A stretch of DNA of 63,950 nt, counting the filler, from Octopus bimaculoides (Eukaryota): the NCBI RefSeq assembly GCF_001194135.2. It is 9 parts of 9 records of this genome, joined end to end, with 100 filler letters (N's around TTAATTAATTAA, not from the genome) between each part and the next. Parts side by side here need not be neighbours in the genome. Positions count along the whole stretch, not along the records: positions 32,330 to 41,159 come from NC_068984.1; positions 41,260 to 56,699 come from NC_069009.1; 7 more parts are not named here. One strand, given 5' to 3'. Both the position numbers and the translations under genes were made by a program. Below, in pieces: positions 37,292 through 49,769 of this stretch. The first letter of the stretch is position 1, and each line of letters opens with the position of its first letter. The notes beneath the pieces are model-generated. The model ran no database searches and was not told the origin of the DNA. It was given only the letters and a program-made list of their open reading frames with translations.

Positions 37292-37398
37292 CATAATGTA
37301 TCTTCATTCCTTGTGTTTTTCTCTAATATACTCTGTGATTATTATACCAAATGTAATTGGTGTTTGATCTTCGGATTTACAAATCGAACTTGTTGCAG

Positions 37399-37437
37399 GA
37401 AATAGATAACAACTTATATGGATTGCAGTGGCAATAA
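37399..37437 (+). CDS. Candidate terminal coding exon (EIDNNLYGLQWQ*)
   Basis: Acceptor cttgttgcag; phase 0, compatible with the 36039-36106 exon; ends in TAA. Confidence 0.3.
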   Translation, partial: EIDNNLYGLQWQ

Positions 37438-38224
37438 CCGGACAGGTGGAAGATTTTAATTCAAAACTTATGAAAACATAACATTTGTACTCATAGCCAG
37501 AGCTGGTTTCAGCCTGGGTTGGTAATGAAAGGATTAATCAAAGGAAGTTGTTGGGTGAGATGGTCTTCAAAATGGCTAGAGCCATCATATAAAAACAACA
37601 GATGTTCAACAAAACTTCACAACTGAGGCAAAAGATACATATGTGCTTTAAATAGATATTGTTTTTTTGTTTTTCTTGTTTCATTTACCTGGCTTTTTTC
37701 TTTACTTTGATTAAGAATTCACCTTAAGCATCAGTCTGCTTCTTTTCTTTTTCCTTTTTTTCGGAATTCAGTTCACTGACCACAACTTTTCTTGCTAACT
37801 TTTAGTTCATGTATGTTCACATTTTGTCCATCACCTTTTGAGATCTTCATTACTTGTTACTTCCCTTATTGTCCAATGGTCCATTTCTTATTCCTTTCAT
37901 TCCATTTATTTGCTATTTCACTCACCAATCAGTAATACATGGACAATACATGGACACAGGTGATTTCTGCCTGTATTTAGCACAGAATGTTATGAAGTCA
38001 AGATAAAATGCATTTTTCACTGTGTGTATTATGTTATATAGCACAATAAAAGAAGACAGTAAGTGTAAAGTTGATAACTTAAAGTTAATGTATGAATTTG
38101 AATCTCATCTGTCTGTCACCATTAATTTTGTCTTTATTTATTTATTTATTGAATATTTATTTACAGTTTTCTTTATTTATATATTCTTAAAAAAATCAAA
38201 AACATTAAATTAATTATTTATATT

Positions 38225-38260
<36 letters not shown>

Positions 38261-38753
38261 NNNNNNNNNNNNNNNNNNNNNNNNNNNNNNNNNNNNNNNN
38301 NNNNNNNNNNNNNNNNNNNNNNNNNNNNNNNNNNNNNNNNNNNNNNNNNNNNNNNNNNNNNNNNNNNNNNNNNNNNNNNNNNNNNNNNNNNNNNNNNNNN
38401 NNNNNNNNNNNNNNNNNNNNNNNNNNNNNNNNNNNNNNNNNNNNNNNNNNNNNNNNNNNNNNNNNNNNNNNNNNNNNNNNNNNNNNNNNNNNNNNNNNNN
38501 NNNNNNNNNNNNNNNNAGGGTTTTCAAATTTTGTAGGGTTTTCAAATTTGTAGGGTTTTCAAAACTTGAAAACCCTACAAAACTAAGTGAAAGTGCTAAT
38601 TTATAAAACATGTGACATATGAATAAAAATCTGTAAATATACAACCATCTAGACATCTGAGTACCTGATTATTATTTTTTCTAATATATAATTCCTGTAC
38701 ATCACCTCCAAGCCTTCCAATATATATATGTATATATACCCTACAAAAGAGGA

Positions 38754-38785
<32 letters not shown>

Positions 38786-39199
38786 TCTTCTTTAATATGT
38801 TTGTGTAGTTAGTACATTAAACATACACAGAAAAAAGGACTCAGATACTAATCATATGATCAAAATGATATCTAATATTAATAGTGACTTCTTACGTCAA
38901 AGATTTGCTATTAGAATTAACTTCTCAAAAACAATTCTAATGGTGAAACTTTGAAGCGATCACTACCAATATTATTTATTATTTATACATATGCTTTTTT
39001 CTCATTTTTCTTTTCTCATTCTTGCTTGTTCTTTTTTACTTTTTCTTAGAGAGCAGTGATGTTTATTTTGAACCTGAAAAGGATGGCAGGTTAGTTCACA
39101 GAACACTTTATAAGATCGTCTGATTAGCATACTCTTTGTGCATGAAATTTATTGTAGCTCATATTTAAATCCTGCATTTATCAAATGATATACATATAT

Positions 39200-39635
39200 A
39201 GGCGCAGGAGTGGCTGTGTGGTAAGAAGCTTGTTTCCCAACCACATGGTTGAAAGTTCACTCCTACTGCATGGCACCTTGTGCAAGTGTCTTCCACTATA
39301 GCCTCAGGCTGATCAAAGCCTTGTGAGTGAATTTGGTAGATAGAAACTGAAAGAAGCCCATCATCTATCTATCTCTCTCTCTCTATATATATATATATAT
39401 ACATATGTATGTATGTATTTGTGTGTCTGTGTTTGTGCCCCCACCATCGCTTGACAGCCGATGTTGGTGTACTTGTGTCCCTGTAACTTAGCAGTTCGGC
39501 AAAAGAGACCGATGAAATAAGTACTAGGCTTACAAAGAATAAGTTCTGGGTTCAATTTGTTTGACTAAAGGCGGTGCTCCAGCATGACCACAGTCAAATG
39601 ACTGAAACAAGCAAAAGAATAAAAGAATTAAAGAA
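39200..39635 (+). mobile_element. SINE family A, full length, CpG-decayed
   Basis: AGGCGCAGGAGTGGCTGTGTGGTAAG...; consensus GCGTGG to GCATGG, TCGGGCCGACC to TCAGGCTGATC, CCCGTCG to CCCATCA. Confidence 0.9.
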
Positions 39636-40299
39636 TACATATATATATACATATATATGTATANNNNNNNNNNNNNNNNNNNNNNNNNNNNNNNNNNNNN
39701 NNNNNNNNNNNNNNNNNNNNNNNNNNNNNNNNNNNNNNNNNNNNNNNNNNNNNNNNNNNNNNNNNNNNNNNNNNNNNNNNNNNNNNNNNNNNNNNNNNNN
39801 NNNNNNNNNNNNNNNNNNNNNNNNNNNNNNNNNNNNNNNNNNNNNNNNNNNNNNNNNNNNNNNNNNNNNNNNNNNNNNNNNNNNNNNNNNNNNNNNNNNN
39901 NNNNNNNNNNNNNNNNNNNNNNNNNNNNNNNNNNNNNNNNNNNNNNNNNNNNNNNNNNNNNNNNNNNNNNNNNNNNNNNNNNNNNNNNNNNNNNNNNNNN
40001 NNNNNNNNNNNNNNNNNNNNNNNNNNNNNNNNNNNNNNNNNNNNNNNNNNNNNNNNNNNNNNNNNNNNNNNNNNNNNNNNNNNNNNNNNNNNNNNNNNNN
40101 GGTGGTGGTGGAAGTGGTGGTGGTGCTGGTGTTGGTGGTGGTGGTGGTAGTAGTAGTAGTAGTATTGGGGGATGTGCTGTAACAGCGTGTTGCTGTTTCC
40201 ACCATTTGTTGGTGATTCCCTACTGCTGGGGCGGATAACGCCTTCCACCTCTCAGGTGACAACACTCCAACCCATGGGTCTGTTTGGGTCGTTGTTGCT

Positions 40300-40760
40300 G
40301 GTGAAGGTTTTACGAGGTCGGGGGTGCAGATTCTACCTCAACCTCTTTTAGTTGCCTTTTACAACATGTAGAGGAAACATTGGGTCTATTCTTCAACATG
40401 CTGGTCCCCACACAACACTAGAGCAACATAAAATGAAGTGTTTTGCTCAAGAACACAACATGCTGCCCAGTCTTGGAATCGAACCCATGGTCTGGCAATC
40501 ATGAGTGCAGCACCCTAACTAATAGGCCACACATCTTCACAATATGATAATGATGGCTACTAATTAAGGTAGAAAACCAGAAGCTTTGGATGCAGTGGGT
40601 TGATTGATACCATTGACCCCTGTACTTGATTGGTACTTTATTTTACCTACCCCAAAAAGATGGAAGTCAAAGTTGGCCTTGGCCGAATTTGAACTCCAGA
40701 ATGTACAGAGCTAGAAGAACCACTGCAAAGCATTTTGTTTGATGCTCTACTGACTCTGCT
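40300..40760 (-). mobile_element. Adjacent CpG-decayed SINE family C and family B copies
   Basis: GAGCAAC..AAATGAAGTGTTTTGCTCAAGAACACAAC (family C); AAAGATGGAAGTCAAAGTTGGCCTTGGCCGAATTTGAACTC (family B, CG to TG). Confidence 0.7.
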
Positions 40761-41509
40761 AATGAAGTGTCCTGAGAAGGAAGACAGGACAGTAATGGTG
40801 ATGAGGATGAAGCCAATGGTGAGGATGATCATGCGGATCCTTTCTATAATGGTGTGGAAGAAGAAGGCAAGACCACTGCCAGTGATGACAAAAGCAACAA
40901 CCATGGCAACAATGACAACAATGATGATGGTGACATCATACATGGTGGTGATAATGATGATATTCAATGTGCACATGTGCATTCAGAGTTGTAAGTACAT
41001 GATATACTACACAGTTCTTTGTATACACATGTGTGCATGTGTGTGCAATTGTATGTATATATCTATAAATATATATTTGTTTATGTGTGTATGTGTACAC
41101 ATAAGCATATGAAATTGCAAGCATATAATAATATGTATTGTTTCTTCCATATATATATANNNNNNNNNNNNNNNNNNNNNNNNNNNNNNNNNNNNNNNNN
41201 NNNTTAATTAATTAANNNNNNNNNNNNNNNNNNNNNNNNNNNNNNNNNNNNNNNNNNNNTGTGTGTGTGTGTGTAAGAAAGAAGTAACGATACACACAAA
41301 GAATTAGAAACGTCCCCTCCTCTGATTGCTTTGCATGTACGGTTTTTCTGGAGGCAGAAGAAGAACTTCAAAAGATAATATGAGGATGGGAGGATATAGT
41401 CCTTGTGAACGCACACAAGACGAGGACGGCGATAGATTTACATGTGGGTTGATAAGGGAAAAACATTGGAATGAAATTAAAAAAATACGAAGGGGGATAT
41501 GAGGTGTTA

Positions 41510-41740
41510 TTTCTTTACTACCCACAGGGGGCTACACACAGAGGGGACAAACAAGTACAGACAAACGGATTAAGTTGATTATATCGACCCCCAGAGCGTA
41601 ACTGGTACTTATTCAATCGACCCTGAAAGGATGAAAGGTAAAGTCGATCTACGCGGGATTTGAACTCAGAACGTAGCGTCAGACGAAATACCGCTAAGCA
41701 TTCGCTCGGCGTGCTGATGTTTCTGCCAGCTCGCCGCCAT
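41510..41740 (-). mobile_element. SINE family B, full length, Tx1-like tail, CpGs retained
   Basis: TATTTCTTTACTACCCACAGGGGGCTACACACAGAGGGGACAAA tail through CTGCCAGCTCGCCGCC head. Confidence 0.9.
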
Positions 41741-44447
41741 AATAAACCTTTCTGTTTCAGATTTTAAGCCAGAAGCCATTAGCCACTGATAGGTAAGGGC
41801 TTTGTCAACATCGGCATTATTCGCTCTCTTTCTTGCTATTTATCAGTCAGAATATTTAAGGCAGCAGTTTTAGAACGGGTTTTCATGCGCTTAGCTTTTT
41901 TTGCGCTTGTTTCTAGTTATTATAACTATTACTATTATTATTATTGAGTGAGAGAGCAGTGCATGCCATCAAAGTGACACTGGGGTAAAATATACAAAGC
42001 CCAGTATACCCATCATGACTACCCGTGTGGGCAGTAAAGAAACGAGTGGATGTGAATGTGTTTATGTGCAAAAACAGAAAGGACCCTTGGCCAAACTTCC
42101 CACGGTCATGAAACAGCAGTACGGACTCTTCTGAGTGAGTAAAAATGATGAAAAGGATGATATAATCTTATTGTTAAATGGGACACAGTGAGATAAAGTA
42201 ATTGGGTTGGTTAGAGTATGTGGCACAATAATTAAGCAAAAAAATAAGGGGCTCGCTAGGGAGTTCTGAGAAGTGGAGGTACGAGACCAATCAGCTGTGA
42301 TAAGGCATTAAACTAGCAGTATAAAACAGAGAGGAGACTATATGGCTGGTGGGCTAGAAATTTGGGGTATTCATTAGTGATGAAATGATGATGATGATGA
42401 TGATGATGACGATGACGACGACGATGACGATGATCCCAGATCCGTAAGCTCGTGACCAAATGTCGCAGTCGTCGTTGTCATTGTTCTTCAGTCAACATAT
42501 TTAGTTTCAATTTGCAGATAATCAAAACGATCGGAGATAAAGTAGCATGACAATACATAAGAAAAAATACTCACACACTTAAAAATATGATTAGTCATCA
42601 AGATATGATTGGATGAAGAAAAACAATTAGAATGTACATCATACATTCGACTACTCTGTTGATAATATTCACAATACGCAGATGGATGCAAGATAAACAA
42701 TTACAAAATCTTTTTTTACAGTATATTCGAGCTGTCATTGTATTGTATTTTTAATTAATGTATATGCGTGTGGATTTCTGTGTGTGTATTAGTATGTGTG
42801 TGTGCGTGTGTGTGTGTGTAGGTTTTTATTTAATTACTTATTTTCATGAACTAAAGTATATATTTGTGTGTGTGTACATATGACTGTATGTGAATAGATA
42901 CAAATATATGTGTATGTATGTNNNNNNNNNNNNNNNNNNNNNNNNNNNNNNNNNNNNNNNNNNNNNNNNNNNNNNNNNNNNNNNNNNNNNNNNNNNNNNN
43001 NNNNNNNNNNNNNNNNNNNNNNNNNNNNNNNNNNNNNNNNNNNNNNNNNNNNNNNNNNNNNNNNNNNNNNNNNNNNNNNNNNNNNNNNNNNNNNNNNNNN
43101 NNNNNNNNNNNNNNNNNNNNNNNNNNNNNNNNNNNNNNNNNNNNNNNNNNNNNNNNNNNNNNNNNNNNNNNNNNNNNNNNNNNNNNNNNNNNNNNNNNNN
43201 NNNNNNNNNNNNNNNNNNNNNNNNNNNNNNNNNNNNNNNNNNNNNNNNNNNNNNNNNNNNNNNNNNNNNNNNNNNNNNNNNNNNNNNNNNNNNNNNNNNN
43301 NNNNNNNNNNNNNNNNNNNNNNNNNNNNNNNNNNNNNNNNNNNNNNNNNNNNNNNNNNNNNNNNNNNNNNNNNNNNNNNNNNNNNNNNNNNNNNNNNNNN
43401 NNNNNNNNNNNNNNNNNNNNNNNNNNNNNNNNNNNNNNNNNNNNNNNNNNNNNNNNNNNNNNNNNNNNNNNNNNNNNNNNNNNNNNNNNNNNNNNNNNNN
43501 NNNNNNNNNNNNNNNNNNNNNNNNNNNNNNNNNNNNNNNNNNNNNNNNNNNNNNNNNNNNNNNNNNNNNNNNNNNNNNNNNNNNNNNNNNNNNNNNNNNN
43601 NNNNNNNNNNNNNNNNNNNNNNNNNNNNNNNNNNNNNNNNNNNNNNNNNNNNNNNNNNNNNNNNNNNNNNNNNNNNNNNNNNNNNNNNNNNNNNNNNNNN
43701 NNNNNNNNNNNNNNNNNNNNNNNNNNNNNNNNNNNNNNNNNNNNNNNNNNNNNNNNNNNNNNNNNNNNNNNNNNNNNNNNNNNNNNNNNNNNNNNNNNNN
43801 NNNNNNNNNNNNNNNNNNNNNNNNNNNNNNNNNNNNNNNNNNNNNNNNNNNNNNNNNNNNNNNNNNNNNNNAGAATGAGAGATAAGGAAAAAGACAGTTG
43901 CACACAGTCAGCAATTATAATATCTCGTAATATCTCACGCACACCCACGCGCACACACACGTACACACACGTACACATCCTCTCCACCATGCACATATAC
44001 AAATACAAACAAAAATATTACAATACAATAAAAGGCATTCTATAAGTAGAAAGCAACTCTATAACAGAGAGAGAGAGACAGAAAGAGAGGAAAAAAAGAA
44101 AGGGGGAGAGAGAGGCACAGCGTCGCACTAAGAACATCAACATCAAGAACAAGTGTGATGACGGCAACAATGGTGATGACGACTACGACATTTCCCATCC
44201 TTCGATTTTCTACGTAATTCTTGACAAGAAGATCTTTCTTAATTGCTTAGATAAATTAATTAATAATGCATAATGATCAGCACCTCAAAAGAGCAGTTGA
44301 TCATTTATATTGCACAATATGGGTGTGTGTGCGTGTATGTGTATGTGNNNNNNNNNNNNNNNNNNNNNNNNNNNNNNNNNNNNNNNNNNNNNNNNNNNNN
44401 NNNNNNNNNNNNNNNNNNNNNNNNNNNNNNNNNNNNNNNNNNNNNNN

Positions 44448-44483
<36 letters not shown>

Positions 44484-44839
44484 ATAGAAACGTAGAATGC
44501 ATGTACGTGTGAAGATAGACGTATTTATAAAAATATATACATGCATACATGAGCGCATATGCGCATGTGCATGCTATATCTGCGAGTGCGCTTATTTCTG
44601 TATCTGAATGTATTTTTGCGTTCGCCTCTTCTGCTTAATGTCTTTCAGCGTTACTATTTCTACAAATATGCAGTAACTGAAAATGCTGAGTAAGCAATTT
44701 TTCGCTTTTAATGTCGATGCACACAGGTGTGTGCATTAGTCTACATTCAGGTGGGCATATCTATAATACGATGCTTACAACTGCCCATTCATGCTACGCA
44801 ATACATACTAAAATGTACATTCATTCCAATCCCTGTGTG

Positions 44840-44871
<32 letters not shown>

Positions 44872-45469
44872 NNNNNNNNNNNNNNNNNNNNNNNNNNNNN
44901 NNNNNNNNNNNNNNNNNNNNNNNNNNNNNNNNNNNNNNNNNNNNNNNNNNNNNNNNNNNNNNNNNNNNNNNNNNNNNNNNNNNNNNNNNNNNNNNNNNNN
45001 NNNNNNNNNNNNNNNNNNNNNNNNNNNNNNNNNNNNNNNNNNNNNNNNNNNNNNNNNNNNNNNNNNNNNNNNNNNNNNNNNNNNNNNNNNNNNNNNNNNN
45101 NNNNNNNNNNNNNNNNNNNNNNNNNNNNNNNNNNNNNNNNNNNNNNNNNNNNNNNNNNNNNNNNNNNNNNNNNNNNNNNNNNNNNNNNNNNNNNNNNNNN
45201 NNNNNNNNNNNNNNNNNNNNNNNNNNNNNNNNNNNNNNNNNNNNNNNNNNNNNNNNNNNNNNNNNNNNNNNNNNNNNNNNNNNNNNNNNNNNNNNNNNNN
45301 NNNNNNNNNNNNNNNNNNNNNNNNNNNNNNNNNNNNNNNNNNNNNNNNNNNNNNNNNNNNNNNNNNNNNNNNNNNNNNNNNNNNNNNNNNNNNNNNNNNN
45401 NNNNNNNNNNNNNNNNNNNNNNNNNNNNNNNNNNNNNNNNNNNNNNNNNNNNNNNNNNNNNNNNNNNNN

Positions 45470-45514
<45 letters not shown>

Positions 45515-46373
45515 TATAATGAAGTAAAGTTGTGGAATACCGTACGAGTGGAAATATATATGAAAGAAGGTTTGAAAATGCACTTATATTATATATATAT
45601 ACATATGTATACACATACATATGCATATGTTTACATAAATATTTATATGCATATAGATATGTACGTGTGTGTTTGTGTATATACATACGCATATATATAT
45701 ATATACATATATAGATATATGTATATATATATATATATATATACATATGTGAATATATATACACGCATATATGTGCATATATATCTATATATGTGTGTTG
45801 ATGCATGTGTGAGTGAAATTACATAAATATATATATATAAACATATATATATATATATATACAAATATACGCACACATGCACATTATTAGTTAACTATTT
45901 CCCCTTATACACACACATGCATACATACACATACACACATAATTACACATACACACACAGAAATGCATTTGCCAGGTGTGAAAAGTTAAATCTGCTTCAA
46001 GTAAAACGGAAGACAATAGTGAAAGATAGGAAAGTTATAGAAATACGTGTGCGTATATACATACATACACAGAGGTTTATATGTGTGTGTGTGTGAAGTT
46101 TTTGCTATCTTTTGTCTTCATTTATCTCTTTCTTTCTCTTCTCTTTCCTGCTTTTTTTTTCTTTCTTTCTTGTTCTATAATTTACTCCTTTGTTTCCCTC
46201 CCCTCAACTTCCCCCTCATTTTCTTCTTGTTTTACCTCCTCCTCCTCCACCTCCTCCTCCTCCTCTCCTTCATTCTTGTTCTCTTTTTCCTTTTGTATTC
46301 CATAAATCTTCATTCACAACAGTAATAGTTACAAGCTCAACAAATACCACCACCACGACCACCACCCATGCTT

Positions 46374-46424
<51 letters not shown>

Positions 46425-46727
46425 CATAACCACTACCACCATCATTATCACAATTATTACTACCACCATCACCACCACAACAACGATAACTACTATTACT
46501 ACTACTACTACTACTACTACTACTAGTAGTAGTAGTAGTAATTTTTTTTTTCAGTTTTCGTTCTTTTCCATTTTCCAGTTCCTCCATCTTATCTTCCTTC
46601 TCTACCTGCTACTGCTGCTGCTGCTGCTGCTATTACTACTGATGATGATGATGATGATCATCATCATACTACCACTACTACTAATGATGATGATGATGAT
46701 ACCACTATTACTACTACTAGTACGTTG

Positions 46728-46930
46728 GATGCGCGTGGCTTAGTGGTTAGGGTGTTGGACTCATGATCGTAAGTTTGTGGTTTCGATTCCTAGACCGGGC
46801 GACACGTTGTGTTCTTGTGCAAAGCCCTTCATTCCACAATGCTCCCGTCCACTCGATTGGCAAAAATGAGTTAACCCTGCGAATGACTGGCGTCCCATCC
46901 AGGTGGGAAACCGGCTCTTATGAGTCTGTA
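46728..46930 (+). mobile_element. SINE family C variant with V-SINE-like domain
   Basis: tRNA-like head GCGCGTGGCTTAGTGGTTAGGG...GGTTTCGATTCC, then CCCTGCG.ATGACTGGCGTCCCATCCAGG (V-domain-like). Confidence 0.75.
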
Positions 46931-47199
46931 TGACTCAAGAAAGTAATTAGATAACTACTACTACTACTACTACTACATCTTTAAATGCCCCATCACTATC
47001 TTTGCTACAATTAGTACTTTTTAATTAATTTCATTATTAAAGGAAGATATGTGGCCCCAAAACCCTCTTTTGATTTTTCCCAAGGAACGGAACTGAAGAC
47101 CTAATATTGTGCTTTAGAGCAGAATACATCGTTATGAAGGTCCGCCATAGCCAATTGGTGTGGTGGGGGTGCTGTTCAAAGGACGGGGTGGGGTGCAGG

Positions 47200-47352
47200 C
47201 ATGAATGCGTGGTAAGAAGTTTGCTTCCCAACCACATGGTCCTGGGTTCAGTCCCACTGCGTTCCAACCTTGGGCAAATAACTTCTACTTAGACTCGGGA
47301 CGACCAAAACATTAGGAGCGGATTTGGTAGATGGAAACGGAAAGAAGCTTGT

Positions 47353-47390
<38 letters not shown>

Positions 47391-47760
47391 TTGTCCCCCA
47401 ACTATCACTTGAAAACTAGTGTTGGTTTGTTTACATCCCCATAACTTAGCAAAAGAGACTGATAGAACAGGTGTCAGATATACAGGTAGTGGGGTCAATT
47501 GCTCAATTAAACCGTTTTTTATGTGTGTGTATGTGTGTGTGTGTTTCTATCTGTGTTTGTACCCCACACTGCTTGACACTGGTGTAGGTTTGTTTACATC
47601 CCTGTAACTTAGCAGTTCAGCAAAACCGAGAGAGAAAAAATGCCAGACCTAAAAGAAAAATGTACTGGGGTCGATTCATTTCATTAAAATTCCTTCAAGG
47701 AAGTGCCCCAGCATGGCCACAGCCTAATGACTGAAACAAGTAAAAGATAGAAGAAAGGAA
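47200..47760 (+). mobile_element. SINE family A copy with internal duplication of its body
   Basis: Head at 47200-47350; body segment appears twice (47390 and 47555); tail ends about 47750. Confidence 0.7.
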
Positions 47761-49702
47761 AACAAACCTATAAATATCAGTGCGCGTGTTTGTATTAATA
47801 ACATTCACACGCATACAGCAGATGCATTGATACATTCTTACGCAAGCAAGTACGGAAGCTTATACTCAAATTTTATGTCTTGCAAAACGTTCTGCAGCGT
47901 ATCAAAGTATTGATGATGGTGGTAGTGGTGATGGTGGTAGTGGTGTTGGTGGTAGTAGTGTCGGTGGCTGAAGTGGTAGAGGTAGCGGTGGTGATGGTGG
48001 TGGTGGTGGTGTCGGCTGAGTTGTAATGGTTGTGTGGTGGTGGTGGTAGTAGTAGTGGTAATGTTGGAGATGGTGGTGTTGGTGGTGGCTGAGGTAGTGG
48101 AGGTAGCGGTGGTGGTGGTGGTGCCGGCTGAGTTNNNNNNNNNNNNNNNNNNNNNNNNNNNNNNNNNNNNNNNNNNNNNNNNNNNNNNNNNNNNNNNNNN
48201 NNNNNNNNNNNNNNNNNNNNNNNNNNNNNNNNNNNNNNNNNNNNNNNNNNNNNNNNNNNNNNNNNNNNNNNNNNNNNNNNNNNNNNNNNNNNNNNNNNNN
48301 NNNNNNNNNNNNNNNNNNNNNNNNNNNNNNNNNNNNNNNNNNNNNNNNNNNNNNNNNNNNNNNNNNNNNNNNNNNNNNNNNNNNNNNNNNNNNNNNNNNN
48401 NNNNNNNNNNNNNNNNNNNNNNNNNNNNNNNNNNNNNNNNNNNNNNNNNNNNNNNNNNNNNNNNNNNNNNNNNNNNNNNNNNNNNNNNNNNNNNNNNNNN
48501 NNNNNNNNNNNNNNNNNNNNNNNNNNNNNNNNNNNNNNNNNNNNNNNNNNNNNNNNNNNNNNNNNNNNNNNNNNNNNNNNNNNNNNNNNNNNNNNNNNNN
48601 NNNNNNNNNNNNNNNNNNNNNNNNNNNNNNNNNNNNNNNNNNNNNNNNNNNNNNNNNNNNNNNNNNNNNNNNNNNNNNNNNNNNNNNNNNNNNNNNNNNN
48701 NNNNNNNNNNNNNNNNNNNNNNNNNNNNNNNNNNNNNNNNNNNNNNNNNNNNNNNNNNNNNNNNNNNNNNNNNNNNNNNNNNNNNNNNNNNNNNNNNNNN
48801 NNNNNNNNNNNNNNNNNNNNNNNNNNNNNNNNNNNNNNNNNNNNNNNNNNNNNNNNNNNNNNNNNNNNNNNNNNNNNNNNNNNNNNNNNNNNNNNNNNNN
48901 NNNNNNNNNNNNNNNNNNNNNNNNNNNNNNNNNNNNNNNNNNNNNNNNNNNNNNNNNNNNNNNNNNNNNNNNNNNNNNNNNNNNNNNNNNNNNNNNNNNN
49001 NNNNNNNNNNNNNNNNNNNNNNNNNNNNNNNNNNNNNNNNNNNNNNNNNNNNNNNNNNNNNNNNNNNNNNCCAAGTACCAAGCTATAAAACTTTTAATTA
49101 GATCTAGGTTTATTAAGGTTCGCCATAACGGCACACGGGGACAATAAATTGCAGTCAGTTAATTAAGCGAACATGGCAACGGTCATTAAGGGACGCTAGT
49201 GACCACCTCATCGGTCATTTCGGGCCTTTGTGAATGTAAATCCATTACTGATGTGGCGGCATTGGTGACGGCGGCGGTGGTGGTGGCGGTGATCGATCCA
49301 GGTTTGGCCCTGAATCTGCGAAACTTTTGATCGAAGCTGTTCCATCTTTGATTACCATGCATTGAATACTGTCTTCGTGAGCTATGATCAAAGACATTCC
49401 ATTTGTGACCATCCCATCTTATATTCAGACATAATGTATCTAGGACTACACTGGCGTATGTATAGTATAGTAGTTAGTATTAGCGGCTATAGTTGCTGTT
49501 GTTTAGCCCCGGGTCTGCAGATCAATGATCAAAAATATTCCAGCTGTGCCCACCCATCTTTAATTCAGGCATAGTGTATCAAGGAATACTTATCACATCA
49601 AGTTTGTTGCATGTTGCTGGCCTCACCGTTTATGATATCAGCGTGAGATTTCTACGGTAACTCTTATAAACTTACAAGGCGAACCAGTTTAACCCCGAGC
49701 AA

Positions 49703-49769
49703 CCGGGTAAGAGCCACTGATGAGCATTAATAAAAATGCGAAATCAATGATGATCTAGTTGTGCCCCGG
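49703..49769 (+). ncRNA. Type-I hammerhead ribozyme (full fold, intact catalytic core)
   Basis: CCGGG..GAGCCA-CUGAUGA(49717-23)-GCAUU(aauaaa)AAUGC-GAAA-UCA(auga)UGA-UC-UAGUUG..CCCGG. Stem II is 5 bp with the G-C closing pair; stem III is 4 bp; cleavage triplet AUC at 49753-55; stem I is bulged and imperfect. Confidence 0.7.

Noticed and set aside
37700-37990. Lys/Glu-rich reading frames and splice-like donors on the minus strand
   Set aside because: Low-complexity purine-rich tract with stops and frameshifts; cannot be distinguished from UTR or intron.
46728-46800. tRNA-like sequences with A and B boxes
   Set aside because: They are SINE heads running straight into SINE bodies; no complete cloverleaf stands as an independent gene.
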